Program-made: the position numbers and the translations under genes
Shown: positions 28,064-41,354 of the stretch, one piece after another
Position numbering within the stretch: the stretch's first letter is position 1
How the letters are laid out: each line of letters opens with the position of its first letter
The notes under the pieces: model-generated
Told to the model about the DNA's origin: nothing
What the model saw: the letters and a program-made list of their open reading frames with translations, nothing else
Databases searched by the model: none
Assembly (NCBI GenBank): GCA_002633005.1
Contig: NMRA01000264.1
Coordinates: 1 to 64,000, forward strand
From: Phoronis australis
Taxonomy: Eukaryota > Animalia > Phoronida
Direction: 5' to 3'
Length of the DNA: 64,000 bases

Positions 28064-31000
28064 ATGAAAGCATTATTCGTTGCCTTAATCGTCGTATCTA
28101 ACTTTGGTTTGGCCTTCATTCAAGCGAAAGGTAAAGACATTTCGTTTGAATGAGTTGGTTCAAAACTACAATATCCTTGTGTGTATAGAAGATTGATGAT
28201 GTCCATTTTTACTTACCTGCCATTAAATGCAAATAAAAATTTTAGCTTAAACCGAATACGTATATGAGGAGCACATTACACGTTTTTTGTACTTTATATC
28301 TTAGTAAAACATAACAAAACCTCGTTCTCCATTCCTAACATTGTGTCGTAAAATATCTTTTTCCCCGATTGAGAAGTAGAAAGTGAGCGGTTAGCATTGT
28401 TAAAGGTTACCTAACGATTTCGTTCAGTGATGCTCGCGTGAACGTTTTATTATGTTGTTTTGTGTTGTATTTTATTGAATTATTCTGGTACTGCGCAGGG
28501 TACGGAGAGAGATGTTACACGCGTCCATGCTGCGGTCTGATGCGATGCATCAACTAGTTTACTAATTATGGTGATAGCGGGGAGGGAATATGTGCAGATT
28601 TGCAAAAATTGGGCACTTTGAGACAAGTTTTTGCAATTTGGTACGCTGTTAGGTATAACCAAAAGAAATTCAAAAAACACCGCAAACAAAGTGTGCTTAC
28701 CCCCTGGTGGTTGTTACGCGCAAAATCCAATATGGCCGCCGCCGAAAATGGAAATTGGCATAGGTTGGCTATTATTATCACTAGAACAAATTGTGATATC
28801 ATCGTTTCAATATTTTGGGGGGTGAGAAGTTCATTTTTGGTGCTAGTTTTATGTTTTGGGGTCAATTCCAACGCAAAACGATACTTTCAAAGCAAATGTC
28901 ATTCACAAATAACTCAAATTTATTTTTGTCCTCGTAACTGAATGAACAGAATTGTCTACCAAACACTGGTGGCTGCTAGTTTGTATCATGTATGCATACT
29001 AACTTATAAAACAACTAGATATTGAGTAAGATGAAGAGTCGTTGCTGGTGCAGGCACCTTCACATTTTCACACTGTGGTACACCGGCCAAGTCCAGCTCG
29101 GTGGCACTTAAAATTGCCTTTGCAGGCAACAACACAGCTACAAGTAGCGAACACAACTGGCTTACATCTTCCAGATCTGACCAATATGGCACTCATTTTG
29201 TAGCTCTAGCATTCCATTTCCAATCCCATAGACATGGTTTGGTATCTGGGGTTTTATTGGCAAGAGACTGTTTCCAAACAAACCTGCAGGGAGCAGGGAA
29301 CGCTTACCATGTTGGAATGAAGCATGCTGTGTTGGTGGTAGTGATTCAGGAGTCTTGAATCCATGGGTGAACAGAAGCTTTCATGCGTCATTCACAGGGT
29401 GTGTCCCTCAGTTTTTACTGTATTTTAGTACTATTCAGCGTTCAAGGTGTCGTAAAAGAATCGAGTCAAGTGTGAGGGTAGTTGGGTCATAAGTGATGGC
29501 AATAAAGGTATTTGTGACCTCGGGGAAAGCAGCCCAAGCATTCCATGGTTTTTCAATCCCGAACATTGCTGAGACGACATCACAACCTGTCAGTAGATGG
29601 AAGAGTGGGAGTACTTCACATTTCTGCGGCTCAAGGTTTGGAGAGATTTGGTGGATAGAAATATCCTTATAGTTTTTCCAGATACAAATCCAATTCACAA
29701 CTCTTAGAGGCCTTGCTTGTGAAAAAAGCTGACTGCTAGAACCACCGCGACACTGACAACTGTCCTAAGGTAAGCCTTGGTGTCATCCTGAACAGCTGCA
29801 TGTTGCAAATGCATCATCATCCTCGTGTCAGCTACTGTCTATAGCCATGGAAACAACGGTGATACGTCTGTTGGTTTGCTGCTGAATATTAGGTCGGCAT
29901 TTGTTGTACGAAGTTGGTACTGTGAATCAGCTGTGATGCCCAGAAGGTCGTCGATGTAGAACTGGAAGAGCTCGTCCTTGTTTTAACAATTTTGAGGAAT
30001 GTCTGCCACTGAGTTCCCCAGGGCATTAGTATCTTAGCCGAAACCCGTGTTTGTCGCCGTTCAGTCTCGCCACGCTTCACATGAGTTTATGACTTCAGAC
30101 TATCCTCTCCGTATGTGTCCCAGACTGCATCCACTCTTCTTGTGCTCTCTGCCATCTGGCTTTGCACTTGTGGCACCAATTGCATCTTTGTATACTCCCC
30201 AAACACTTTTGCACGCTGGGGTTATATAAGATCTATTGTGACGGCCACATCGAGAACCACATAAGCTCCTTTGACTGCTTGAGATCGGCCAGGAACGGGC
30301 ATGCCAGGCAGACATGAAAGAACATCAGATATGGTTCCTGACAGAAGTTTACCTCTACCGCATAAAGATGGGGGTTTACGCTGATTTTCATGTTTGAAAA
30401 CACTACGATCTCTATTCCAGGACGTGCTTGGAGTGACATTTTGTAGAATTACTACTATCGGCATAAGCGAAACCGTCTTCCCAGCTTGTCAATATTCTTT
30501 TTCAAATCAGTGAGTGGTCTGTTGGCGAAAGTAAACAAGTTGGTCATTGGGTTTATGTCAGACAATGGTTTGGTAATAGTTTCTGTGAATTTGGTTTGAC
30601 CAATGTTCGGATGTTCCCTAAGGCAGTTGATGATCTCGGGATCTATGATCTCACCAGTGTCCAAGGTAATAAGATCTGAGCAAGTCTCCTTGAACGGATT
30701 GACAACTCGACCCTCCTTCACAAGGTCGCAGAGAGCTTTGAGGTCCTTCAGAAACTTTCTTTGTTCAACAATAGAAGACTCCGGATGCTTCAGATTGTCA
30801 TTGTTTCTTGATGTTGAGAAGCATACATCCTCAAACTCGTCAATTAACCTCAACACTTCTGACCTTAAGAGATCAATCATTACTTGTCTTCTTGTAGAGT
30901 CCCTTTGCACCTCTGTCCTCCTTCAAGAACTTCATACTGTGCTCTTGGCTCAGGGCACAGAAAACTTCCAGTCACTACATTGAACAATAAATTTCCCTTC

Positions 31001-32385
31001 CATGAAATCTTCGTCCACTGAAGGGTGGGTCTGTGGAAGTTGTACCATGACTCTCAAGAAAAAAGGCATCCAGCGTAATTCGTATGTCCAAATGCAAAAA
31101 AAACATGGACACAATTCTTCACATGGGCTTTTAAAGTCAATGGCCAATTGCCCAGTCTCTGACCTCGAATGAAGCGATAGTTAATCAGCAGGTAGTCTCT
31201 TACAATATTCCAGTAACAAACTGTTGGAGCATTGCAGACTCGTTTTTCCCACATATCAAAGCTTTCGTGAGGTCCAGACTTTTCATGACAGTACTCATCA
31301 TCATATGTCTGTTTCTTTAACTCATTAAGCCAGAGTGAGTTGGTATGCACATCTGGTACGCTTGACATGCTTTCCACCCAGAGGAGATGGTGCAACACCA
31401 GGAGTGAAGACATTGTCTATGGAGAACATGTGGTCCCATCCAGATCCGTCCAATAGTTCACCTCCACTCTCTTGAGATGCCATTTCGATGTGGAGCATGC
31501 CCATGAAGCATAGGTATACCATTTTTGATTCACCGACTTCATCAGGGTACCGCCATTGCATTTTTTCTTCTGAGCATTATATGCAGCCACATTCAAACCA
31601 ACAAAAATAATATAACCAATAGATGCAAGAGTGGACTGAGCTGCGCGGGAACAAGCGTTTGACATTTTCAGTTCATAGAAAGTGTAAAAATATTTTAATG
31701 GCCTCAAATCATAAAACTAACACCAGAAATAAACTCCCCGCACCCAAAAATATTGAAAACATTCATTTACAACATGATCTGGTGATGATGATAGTCGAGA
31801 TATGCCAATTTCCATTTTCGGCGGCGGCCATGTTGGATTTTGTGCGTAGCGGCCACTAGGGGGTTAGCACAGTTTGTTTGCGGTGCTTTTTAGAGATGTT
31901 TTACCTATTCCTAACATTGTACCAATTTGCAGAAACTTGTCACAATGTGCGCGATTTTCAAGAATTCCCTCTCCGCTAAGTAAAAGGTGAAAAGATTAGA
32001 CACAGTGCTCAGGAACTCAACACCTTGAGCACAAAATATTTGCTCAACAGTGCAGCAAGCAGCTAACCAAGAAAAACCTCAAAAGGGGACAAAAATGGTA
32101 TGTACGTTTCATGCGGCTGTTACTGAAGATTAGATTGGCGAGGAGGGCACATTCTGATGTACAGTGTAGCACTGCACCAAGCCATCAGAAATGAGTCGCA
32201 ATGACAACCATGTGAGAATATTTTAACAGGGCAAAACCAAAACACTTCCTCAGGGAGTGNTACCTATTCCTAACATTGTACCAATTTGCAGAAACTTGTC
32301 ACAATGTGCGCGATTTTCAAGAATTCCCTCTCCGCTATGATATTCAATCGAGTATGAAATACTGCCTGTGTGTGTGTCAGGTTAA
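28064..32385 (+). pseudogene. Plus-family knottin precursor pseudogene, copy 1
   Basis: Signal exon 28064-28130 MKALFVALIVVSNFGLAFIQAK with a GTAAAG donor. The propeptide exon is deleted relative to the 53 kb copy and the acceptor is mutated to TG. Mature exon from 28488 reads YCAGYGERCYTRPCCGLMRCIN* (TAG 28555-57) and is split by the Academ insertion. Confidence 0.85.
28575..32337 (-). mobile_element. Academ (AcademX-type) DNA transposon, degenerate
   Basis: ~290 bp imperfect TIRs TAGCGG..GAAT / ATTC..CCGCTA. 3-bp TSD TGA (28572-74 and 32338-40) is confirmed by the empty site at ~53770. Minus-strand fragments include FMGMLHIEMA, LLDGSGWD, FFAFGHTNYA and XPG-like LPLFHLLTGCDVVS. Confidence 0.85.
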
Positions 32386-32916
32386 AGCAAAAGTATTTGT
32401 AGCGAGAGTTGTGTTATAAATAAATCAACAAGAAATTTTATCGTAATCTATTTTGCCCGGGGTACGCCACGAGCTATGTTGCAGAGTAAAACAAGAGGAG
32501 GATTGCGAATATTGTCATTTATTATGACGTAAATAGATAAAACTAAGACTCTGCAAGATGGGCATGGACAAAACGCCATAATGGCAGCACGGGAATGCTG
32601 ACATCGCCCATCCGAGGAAGCGGAACCTGGGCAATAACAAGGTTAGACTATGATAAAATATAGGAACTAACAACTGTATAACAGAAAACTAGAATACATA
32701 AGTCTAGAATATAAAAAACAAGAACATAACGAACTGGAAGTAAAGGTAACTAGAACTAATGACTAGAAATTGAAGCCTGCAACTACAGGCCTTGGGCCAC
32801 AGGCTGCAACAACAGACCTGACCTAGGGGGCTGAAACCACAGACCCAGAGGAGTGGGAGGGGCTGAAAAGCAAAGTGAGAGAAGTGGGGAGCTGAAACAA
32901 CAGGCTCACCAGGAGT

Positions 32917-33846
32917 TCAAGAAGCTTGGGGAAGAGGAAAAGCAGACATGCGAATGTAGTTTTTTAGTGCGTCAGATTTCCAGCGCCTCATGCGCTGGAT
33001 CACCGGTTCAGGGACGCCACGGCTGGCCGCAGAGGTGGCGGCGCCAATGCGAAAGCTAAGAGACGTATAAGACTTGGTGTCGAGTCCTACAAAGCAAACC
33101 ACTTTAGTTAACATGGAGTTGAAGCAGGAACGAGTAACCGGTGTTCCACTGAGGTGTTGGAACAAGGGGCCAGGAGAGGGCTGAAAAGTAGACAAGTACA
33201 AGGTTAGGGCAGCTACTAGGCAATGGTGAGATTGGCTGGACGGAATTGTAAGTGACACTGGTCCCGAGCTGTGCTTGAAGGTACGCATAGTGAGGACCGC
33301 AGAATCGCCAGAGGGGGGGAAGACGACGTCGCTGACCTGTATGACGTGGGAGGAGAGCGAGGAGGTGACTGTGAATTCACCGACCTTGAGGAAAGCATGG
33401 AAGGCTAAGAGCAACATAGCACGTGCGAGAACCGAGTCGGCAAAAGAGCCGAGTGCAGAAGGGCAGGCGTCACACAAGCGGTGAAGCAAAGCGGAAGTAA
33501 TGGGCGCAGATTGGGAGTGCCTTTGAGGATTTTTTTTGATGAAAAAGGAGGAAGTGGGGTCAGGGAGGTTGTCAAGCTTGTGGACAAAACTAATGGCAGA
33601 GACATGGGACTGGACAGACGAGCTACTAAGGCCAGATTTGAAGAGATGAGAAATGTAGATGGCCAGGAAAGAGGTATTAATGGGCAAGGTGAGCGCAGAG
33701 TTGTTAGAGGAGAGGTGAAGCTGTGCGAGGTTACGCAGGATGCGGGTATAGGACTGAAGAGTGGAGGGGGCTAGGGAAGCCCGGAGAGGCCTGGTCACTC
33801 TGTCAGGAGGTGTGGCGGGATCGGTGTCGGATGAGGGCTGAGCCAA
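32917..33846 (-). pseudogene. Tyrosine recombinase of the Ngaro-type element
   Basis: SLAPSTLQSY, AFHAFLKVGEF (catalytic R to K), SLSFRIGAAT (HxxR His to L) and RWKSDALKNY; probably inactive. Confidence 0.85.
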
Positions 33847-35400
33847 TAACCCTGGGAAAAGGCGACCTGAAAGTTGAAACGAGAAAGTGCATCAGCGATG
33901 ATGTTAGTGTAGCCGGGCATATGTTTTGCCGGAAAATGAACATTAAAGGTAAGAGCGGAGATGACCAGACGGCGAACAAGAGACATAATGGGGGTGTGGC
34001 GGGAGGAGGTCTTGTTGATAATGTCAACGACTGCACGGTTGTCGCACAAGAAGAGGATCTTGTGGTTGGCGAGCTTTAAACCCCACAGCTCTAGCGCTAT
34101 GACAATCGGAATAAGTTCCTTGAAGGTGATGTGATGGCGTTGCAGGTGCTCGGGTCACAGGGCAGGCAAACCAGGAAGCTCCCAATGTCGCAGCAAAACC
34201 CCCGTTGGAGCCCGCAGCATCAGAGGACAGTTTGATGGTGTCTGAAGATGTCCACTTGTCGAATAGGAACAGTGTTTTCCCATTGAAGCCTCGGAGAAAG
34301 ATGGACCAAGCCCGAAGGTCCGCTCTAGCTTCTTTATTGAGAGTGACAAAGTGGTCTGGTCTCGAAATGCCGATGGTGAGGTTGATGAGTCGGCGCAGGA
34401 AGGCGCGGCCGGGCACGATGACGGAGCAGGCGAAGTTTAGTAGACCAATGAGGGATTGGAGGTCGCGAAGAGTAACCTTGCGACGCTGTTGGAAGTCGAG
34501 CAGGAGGTTGGAAGCTCTGTCCACCTTGTCCTGTGGGAGAGAAGCAGTCATGGTGGCAGAGTCGAGGTGGATTCCATAAATGGTGATGGAGGTGGTCGGC
34601 TGAATTGTCTTGTCGTGGTTGATAGGGATGCCTAGGGAGTCGCAGAGTGATATGAATGCGGCGAGGTCCCGGGAGCATGTTGGCGAGGGTGGTGGGCCCA
34701 CGAAAAAGAAGTCATCGAGGTAGTGCGAAACGCCGGCGACCTTCAACTTGGTTTCCAGGATCCATTGAATTGCAGAACTGACCTTTTCGAAAATATTGCA
34801 GCTGGAGGCACAGCCAAATGGCAGGCACCTGTCGTAGTAGAAGTTGTTGGCCCAGGAGAGACCTAAGAGGTGGTAGTCGTCAGGGTGCACCGGTACGATG
34901 CGAAAAGCGTCCTTGATGTCAGTCTTAGCCATGAGGGAGTGGCGCCCAAACCGTTGAACCAGGCGGATAGCGTCCGTGATGGATTGGTACTGGACTTGGG
35001 AGAATTGAGGGGTATGAGGGAGTTAACTGAGTTAGAGTGACGAGATGGATATGACAAGTTATGAATGAGACGAAAACTGTTAGGGTGAGATTTAGGGATG
35101 AGGGCAAGGGGTGACGAAGAGAAAAGGGGGAATGGGGGGATGGGAAGGGACCGGCATAGCGACCCAGCAGAACCTCAGTCTGTATTTTCTGAAAGGTAAC
35201 TTCGGGATTACGTAGAGCTGATGGGTGGTTGGTGGGGGGATTGGAGTGAGATATCGGGGAGGCGCCGAGTCTGAAACCAAAAGAGAAACCATTGATAAGC
35301 TCCTTAGTCGAGAGGGAGTCATAACCTGAAAGGAGAGGTTTAAGTTTGCTTACTTTTACGGTTGTTGGGATACCTGGCATGTGGGTTGGTGGTTTTGGAG
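33795..35400 (-). pseudogene. Reverse transcriptase / RNase H of the Ngaro-type element
   Basis: KTDIKDAFR, LPFGCASS, YLDDFF, SDAAG, CDNRAVV and NIIADALSR, spread over frameshifted ORFs. Confidence 0.9.
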
Positions 35401-36320
35401 GTGCATGACCGCGCTGGGTGGTTGGCGCCGCAGAAGCCACAACGATGCTGGTATCGGCAAAGGGGAAGGTTGCAGGACTGGTCGTTGAACTTCCAGCAGA
35501 TACCTGTGGGGAAAGAGTTGGGTTAGGGGTTGGGGCACGGGGGCCTCGAAAAAATGTGGAGGTGGATGAGCCCTGACGAAAGGACTGACTGTTGGTTGGG
35601 TGGCGTTGGATCTTGTTGAACTTGAGGCAAACTTGGCGCCACAGGCTACAGTGGATGTGGTCCCACTCGAAGGGGAAAGAAGACCGGAATTTCCTGAAAT
35701 GGGTATCATAAAACAAGGCTGCAGTGTGTGTTGCAGTCATGAACTATGGTCGAATACTTTGGGAGCTTAGGGGCATCCTGTGGAAACTTCTGGACCAGGA
35801 TGGACTGGAAAATATTGAACGCCTGGGTCCACTGCAGAATGGATGAGATGGCCTTTGGACGTGCAGAGCTGGAAAAGCTGGAGACAGAGGGAGTGGAGGA
35901 GGCGGATGGCTCACCTGAAAGGAGAGAAGAAAAGTCAATGAACTCGTTGTTGAGGATGCGTTGACGAATTTTGGAGTCGACGTGAAACCCCAGAGGCAAT
36001 GACACATACAAATTATTTGAAGAAGGGTCAATACCCGAAAAAGACGGAGCGGTAGTCGCATCGGAGGCAGAAGGTGGGGCAGTGAACGTCGGCTGGGAGG
36101 GGTAGATCGGAAGTGACGGGTCCAGCGGCTGGCTAACGGTGAGCGGCGGAGCGGTAGAATCTGCGTCATAGAGCCGTTTCAATTCTGCAGCCAGCTTCGC
36201 ATAGTCAATGACGGGCGGCGATGGCTGGATTTCGGATGTTGCTGGTGGCGCAGGTGGAGGACGCGCGAAGGGACTTGCAGACTTGCGGGTGGATGCCCTG
36301 GTGGCTTTCTTGGGTGCCAT
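35400..36320 (-). pseudogene. Gag-like ORF1 of the Ngaro-type element
   Basis: Starts MAPKKATR and contains KIRQRILNNEFIDFSSLL and WTQAFNIF. Tandem zinc fingers CWKFNDQSCNLPLCRYQHRCGFCGANHPARSC at ~35405-35500. Confidence 0.8.
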
Positions 36321-37047
36321 GCTGGAAAAGGAAAAACATACTGAGTAGACCACTGGGGGGAAAAACCCAGGGTGGCGACCCCTGGGAGGGGACAACCGCC
36401 AAAGGGGAATGAGTAAAAAATGGAAAGTACAGGGGATATAATCATCCCGAGAGGGAAGACAGAACCTCGTCGTGGAAACACCGCCGGAAGTAGTGGTTAG
36501 AACAGGGTATTGTAAGGCCCCCTGCAGGCAAACCGCCGAAATAGAATTGAGCGAGCGAGGTATTAAAATAGTGGAAACAAGAGGTACAATCCCTAGGAGG
36601 GATAGAGAAATAACTAGAGGGCTATGTAAGCCAGAACAAGGAGAAACACCTCCAAGTAACCGCCGAAATAATGTATAGTTGGCAGGGATTAAGCCCCCCT
36701 GAGGGCAAACCGCCGAAAGTGAAAGAATTGAGAGAGGAGGCGAATATGGGGATATAATAATCCCATCAGGAAAGAACCTCGTTGAGAATACCGCCGAAAG
36801 GAGAGATTAATATGACAGGGCATTATAAGGCCACCTGTAGGCAAACCGCCGAAAATGAATACTTAGAACGAGGTGTAAAGTAGGGGTCCAGGATATAACG
36901 ATACAAAAAGTACCAGGAATAACTGGAAGGAAAGGGGAGGGGAGCGGGAAGGGGGGGCCGGACTAGAGGGTGAGAAGGCCCAGTTCGCGAAGGTGGTGAC
37001 CAATGGCCACGCAAATGCTGAAGGCGTGTTTATGAAGGCCAGAGTGG

Positions 37048-37435
37048 TTAAAGTGGATCCCGTCCGTAGAGGTGGTTGGGGTTAGCCCAGAAACCTCCCT
37101 TGTGAGTCCAAAAATAAATGTGGGGCTCATGGGACAGGAGGGATTTAAGGGCTGAGTTGAACGCGAGAAGGCGAGAACGAAAACGCCTACCGGCGTGTAA
37201 TCCGTGAAACGCCTGTCCGACGAGGACACGACGGACGTCGTACGCAATTAACAAAAAACGGGCGAAAGAAACGAGGTGGGAGGCCAAGGCGTGGGGTGCG
37301 ATGGAGGTGGAGTGGAGGTCATTCCCTCCGATCTGGAGAAAAACAAGGTCGGGAGGGGAACGTGGAAGGGAACGGGTGGCCGGTTGGATGGACTTAGGGC
37401 CGGGGAGAAGGGTCCCGCCCGGATATGATTTGTGG
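37048..37435 (-). pseudogene. SGNH hydrolase (esterase) fragment of the retroelement
   Basis: PDLVFLQIGGNDL (block III GxND), AFNSALKSLL and FWTHKG. The N-terminus is truncated at the junction with host sequence. Confidence 0.75.
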
Positions 37436-39231
37436 AAGAGCTGATAGTCAATATTGTTTATGACCAATCTCGGTGAAAAAAATAACAGAGCCTGGTGTCA
37501 AGCAATAAAGAGCTGTTCGATCTTCTCAGATCTACGGCGGCGGGATAGTCTCTAATTCAAGTAAGGATTAAAGTGGGTGTCAAAAGTTAGCTCAGGAGGG
37601 TTCAGGGCAGTTTTTAAGTAAATGATTGAAAATGTGACTCATATGAGCTAAAAGAAATAATGTAAATAAGACATTTGTATTCTGAACTGAGAACGTCTCC
37701 AAACCAATTCAGGTGCCCCCTCCGTAAACGCAATAAAATCGCAAAGACGCAAGATGTAAAATCATGTTTAGTTAAAAAAATAGGGTCGACTTCATTTCGG
37801 TTATAAAAAGTTCGCGCAACCCGCAGTATGGCATATATCGTCTGGCCATGAAGAAAAAATGAAAGAGTTTAGGCTTCACCAAGTTTTAATGCACAAAACA
37901 AGATATGCAAACACTGTTTAGTTAAAGAAATTCCTTTGACTTGATTTCAGTTTTAAAAAGTTCGTGTAACGACTCTTAACATTTACTAATTCAATGAAAA
38001 CGTGCTGCTTAATGACGAGCCTTCATCTGACGCAGTCACGCTGGCAGTTGTGTTAAAGTGAATCTTCAAGAAACTAGACCACGTTTAAGTTGAGAAACTT
38101 TCTGAGACCAAATTACTATCTGAAAACCTTATCAAATTTTGAGCATCGGATGATATCTCACAACTGCGTGCACAATTTTCCACCCCCGGGCTCCGCCGAA
38201 TAAAGTGCAGTTGTAGCATCAGAGTAACGTTAATAACCCTGGGATGACTTGGAGGACGTTTTGACGGAGAGCTGTAGTTTGCTTTGTTTATCTCGTTATT
38301 TCTGATAGATATCACAGAACTAAAATGAACAGTATTCAGTTTAACCCTCATCGAAACTCGTTAATTGATGCAGGAACCTGTGACGAACGTGGAAAACAAT
38401 AAAATATTGGACAGCTTATTCTAATTTTCTGTGGTTTTCGTGCACAGAATTCGATGATATATATCTGCAAAATCAGTGTTAGGGTGCTTCATATTGCTTT
38501 GTATCAAACTGTAATATATTGCCTTGCGTTGTGCTGTACTGTATCGCACCTTATTTTATTTTATCGTATTGTACTGTATTATTGTATTGTACCTTGGTTT
38601 GTATTTTGTTGAACTGCATTTGTCATTTTATATTTTTCAACACAGTCGAAGTTGTATAACTAAAGTAACCGTTGGTCGCTATCAAGTTAACTTATGATTT
38701 AGACCGCTTTCCATTGTTAATCTGGTTTCAATTTTAGTTTTGCTCGGTTTAGAAATGATGTTTGGACTATGGAAGAACTGACAGTCTCGGCAGTGTTTGA
38801 GACCATCTTCGGTGTATAAAAGGACACGCCATGAAAACATAACTCTACAGAGCCTGATATCAAGCAATAATGAACTGTCAGTTCTTCCCAAACACACGAA
38901 TCGTCTCCAATTCGAGTATGGATCAAGTTAAAACCAGATTTATAACGGTAAGTGTCCTAAGTCAAAATTATGGACGCAGGGTTCAGAGCACTTTTAAGTA
39001 ATGATCGAGAATGTGACACATATGAGCTAAAAAGAAATAATGTAAATGAGATATTTATATTCTGAACTGAGAATGTCTCCCAACCAATTCAGGTGCCCGT
39101 TCCGTAGGCGCAACAAACTCGTGAAAACGTAAGGTCACGCAAGTCTTCGCCATGCATTGCAGGAAAAGCCCATGATCGTACTAAATTTACTCGCGACATT
39201 GTTGCAACTCCGGAACTCAACCTGGCATTCA

Positions 39232-39331
39232 TCAAGATCTGCATATTCCATGTCTACATCTAAGATAATTGAAGCAACAGTCCCAACTAAAGCGACACCA
39301 CCCGCCGTAAAACGAACATCGTCGTCTCGTC
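39232..39331 (-). CDS. Intact mature-knottin exon b without its own leader exons
   Basis: Polypyrimidine tract plus TTCAG acceptor. Phase-2 frame (R)TRRR-CSFYGGWCRFSWDCCFNYLRCRHGICRS*, six Cys. Confidence 0.75.
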
Positions 39332-41354
39332 CTGAAGAAAAAAAACGAAAGAATTTAGACTTCACCACGTTTTGAAACACAAACAAGATAAAAAAGCATG
39401 TTTTGTTAAAGAAACTATTTCGACTACTACGATAATGTTAACTACCATGTAATGCAATTTCACTTAACTGTCGTGTCCGTGAGGAGTCGCTCGTTATCTC
39501 TAAGTTGATTTTAACTGACAAAGGAGCGTGAATTACTAACAGCCCTGCTTTCTTGCAATGTTCAGGTCGTTGTGGTTTCCGTCATTTATACTACGTCAAA
39601 AGTTTATGGATGCCGGTGAAAAAAATCATCGAACTGGTGTGTCAAGTCAATACAAACACATAGATGCAATTTGTTTGTGTTGACCCTGATGACTCTATTT
39701 GCCAAAAACAGGAAATAGTCATTCTCGTTTTGACATTTTCGCGATCGCTACAAAAATGTGATTTTCCTCTTCCATTCACGTTTGTGGTGGGCATTGTAAC
39801 TGAGCCTAACTGAAAGACACAAGGACATGCATAGGAACTTCAGATGACTAACTTTTATTGTACATTCGATCCATTTTTGGATTTAATTGGATCTATTTGT
39901 TAAAAAGTCGGTGGTCGGAAATCGGTAAATATATACAGATACTTTTTTATTATGGCTGTTTTTTCCAAATGTTTCCACAAATATTACATTTTGAGTCTCT
40001 TTGGGACATCCAGCGTTGGTGTGTGTCAATATTACGGCTTTCCAGAATGGCACCAAGTAGTCTTTATTCGCATCAGTGAACAAACAGTTAAAGCAGACAT
40101 TCGTAACAACCGATGTTTCATAGCGATGATAATTCATAACTGAGACGTCAGTGGTGCTTAGAATTATTTTGTAATAGGACTTATACTGTGTTTTGTTGTA
40201 TTGTACTGTGCTTTGTACCGTGATGTACCCTTGAATGTCTTTCGCTGTTTGTATGCTGTTAAATGGCTTTCAACGTCGTGTAAGTAAATGGCCGTTTTCT
40301 TTTTACACGGCTACAAGTGAGACTTTGGCTTAGTTTTATTTTAGACCACTTTCAGCTTTAAAGTTGGCCTCAAAATGTCCTTACCTATGTGAGAAATGAT
40401 TTCTGGGCTATGGGCGAACTGACATTTCGGCAGTGCTTTACAGAATGGCACCAAGTAGTCTTTATTTGCGTCCGTGTACAGTTACAAGAAGATATTCGTT
40501 GTAGTCGATGATTCATAACTGAGACATCAGTGGTGCTTCGTATTACTTTGTATCAAATTGTAATGGACCTTATACGGAGTTGTATTGTGTTGGATTGTAT
40601 CGCATTGTATTGTATTATATCATTATGTACTGTGTTACATTGTAATGTATTGCACTGTGTCATGTATCGTGATGTAGGGTCTACTGCTGAATGCCCATCT
40701 TTGTTTGTACGTCATATTATGGTTTTAAACGCAGTCAACTTTTAGTTCAGTAACTTAAATGACCGTAATCGGCTACAAGTCAGACTTTGGCTAACTTGTA
40801 ATTCATACCACTTTCCGCAATAAAATTGGCCTAAATTTTCCTTACTCATGCAGATGAGAAATGATTTCTGAGCTATGGAATATTCGACATTTTTGCGGTG
40901 TTTGAAACCATGCTCTGCCCATTAAAGGATACGCCGTACAAAACAAAACAGATCTGAGACTGATATCTAGCAATAAGATACTTTCAGTTCTTCTCAATCC
41001 CAGGAATCGTCTCTAATTCGAGCAAGGAACCTGTAACTAAAACCGGATTTAAGTCGGTTCGTGTGCTAAGTCGATCGAAATGTTTTGTGCAAAAGGCCGG
41101 TTTAGAACAATTTTTAAGCATAACTGAGAATGTGGCATATAAAAGCTAAAAAGAAATAATCAATACGGAACATTTATTTTCTGAACAGAGCGTCTCTCAA
41201 TCAATTCAGGTGCACGATCCGTAGACGTAACAAACTCGCGAAACGCAAGATCACGCAAGTCTTCGCGAGCTATTACAAAGCAATACAAGCAAAGCATGTG
41301 ATCCTAATAGCTTCATTTGCGAGATTCTTGCGTCTACAGAACTTAGTCCGGCAT

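Larger units (their letters stand above)
32455..37435 (-). mobile_element. Ngaro-type (DIRS order) tyrosine-recombinase retrotransposon, frameshifted
   Basis: GC-rich island with gag, overlapping RT/RNase H and YR ORFs, plus an SGNH hydrolase fragment. It is absent from the paralogous segment at ~53880-54410. Confidence 0.9.

Noticed and set aside
36390-36860. CRISPR-like array or HDV-like ribozymes in the repeated boxes
   Set aside because: Repeats are short and irregularly spaced, the spacers are related to each other, the context is eukaryotic, and I could not build the HDV nested pseudoknot.
39135-39386. ORF-track proteins such as DECQVEFRSCNN and DECRVEFCRRKN, and their antisense ORFs
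   Set aside because: They are alternative frames over the knottin exon and its UTR; the spliced Cys-framework frame explains the conservation.
40030-40090. Repeated minus-strand motif (DANKDYLVPFWKA) as a propeptide exon for the downstream mature exons
   Set aside because: No AG acceptor in any copy (ACTG or ACGG instead), and a copy lies inside K1 intron 2. It contains AATAAA and is probably intronic or 3'-end sequence.
40530-40745. Cys-rich ORFs over (TTGTA)n tracts (also 56887-57107)
   Set aside because: Low-complexity pentamer repeats; the Cys content is a by-product.
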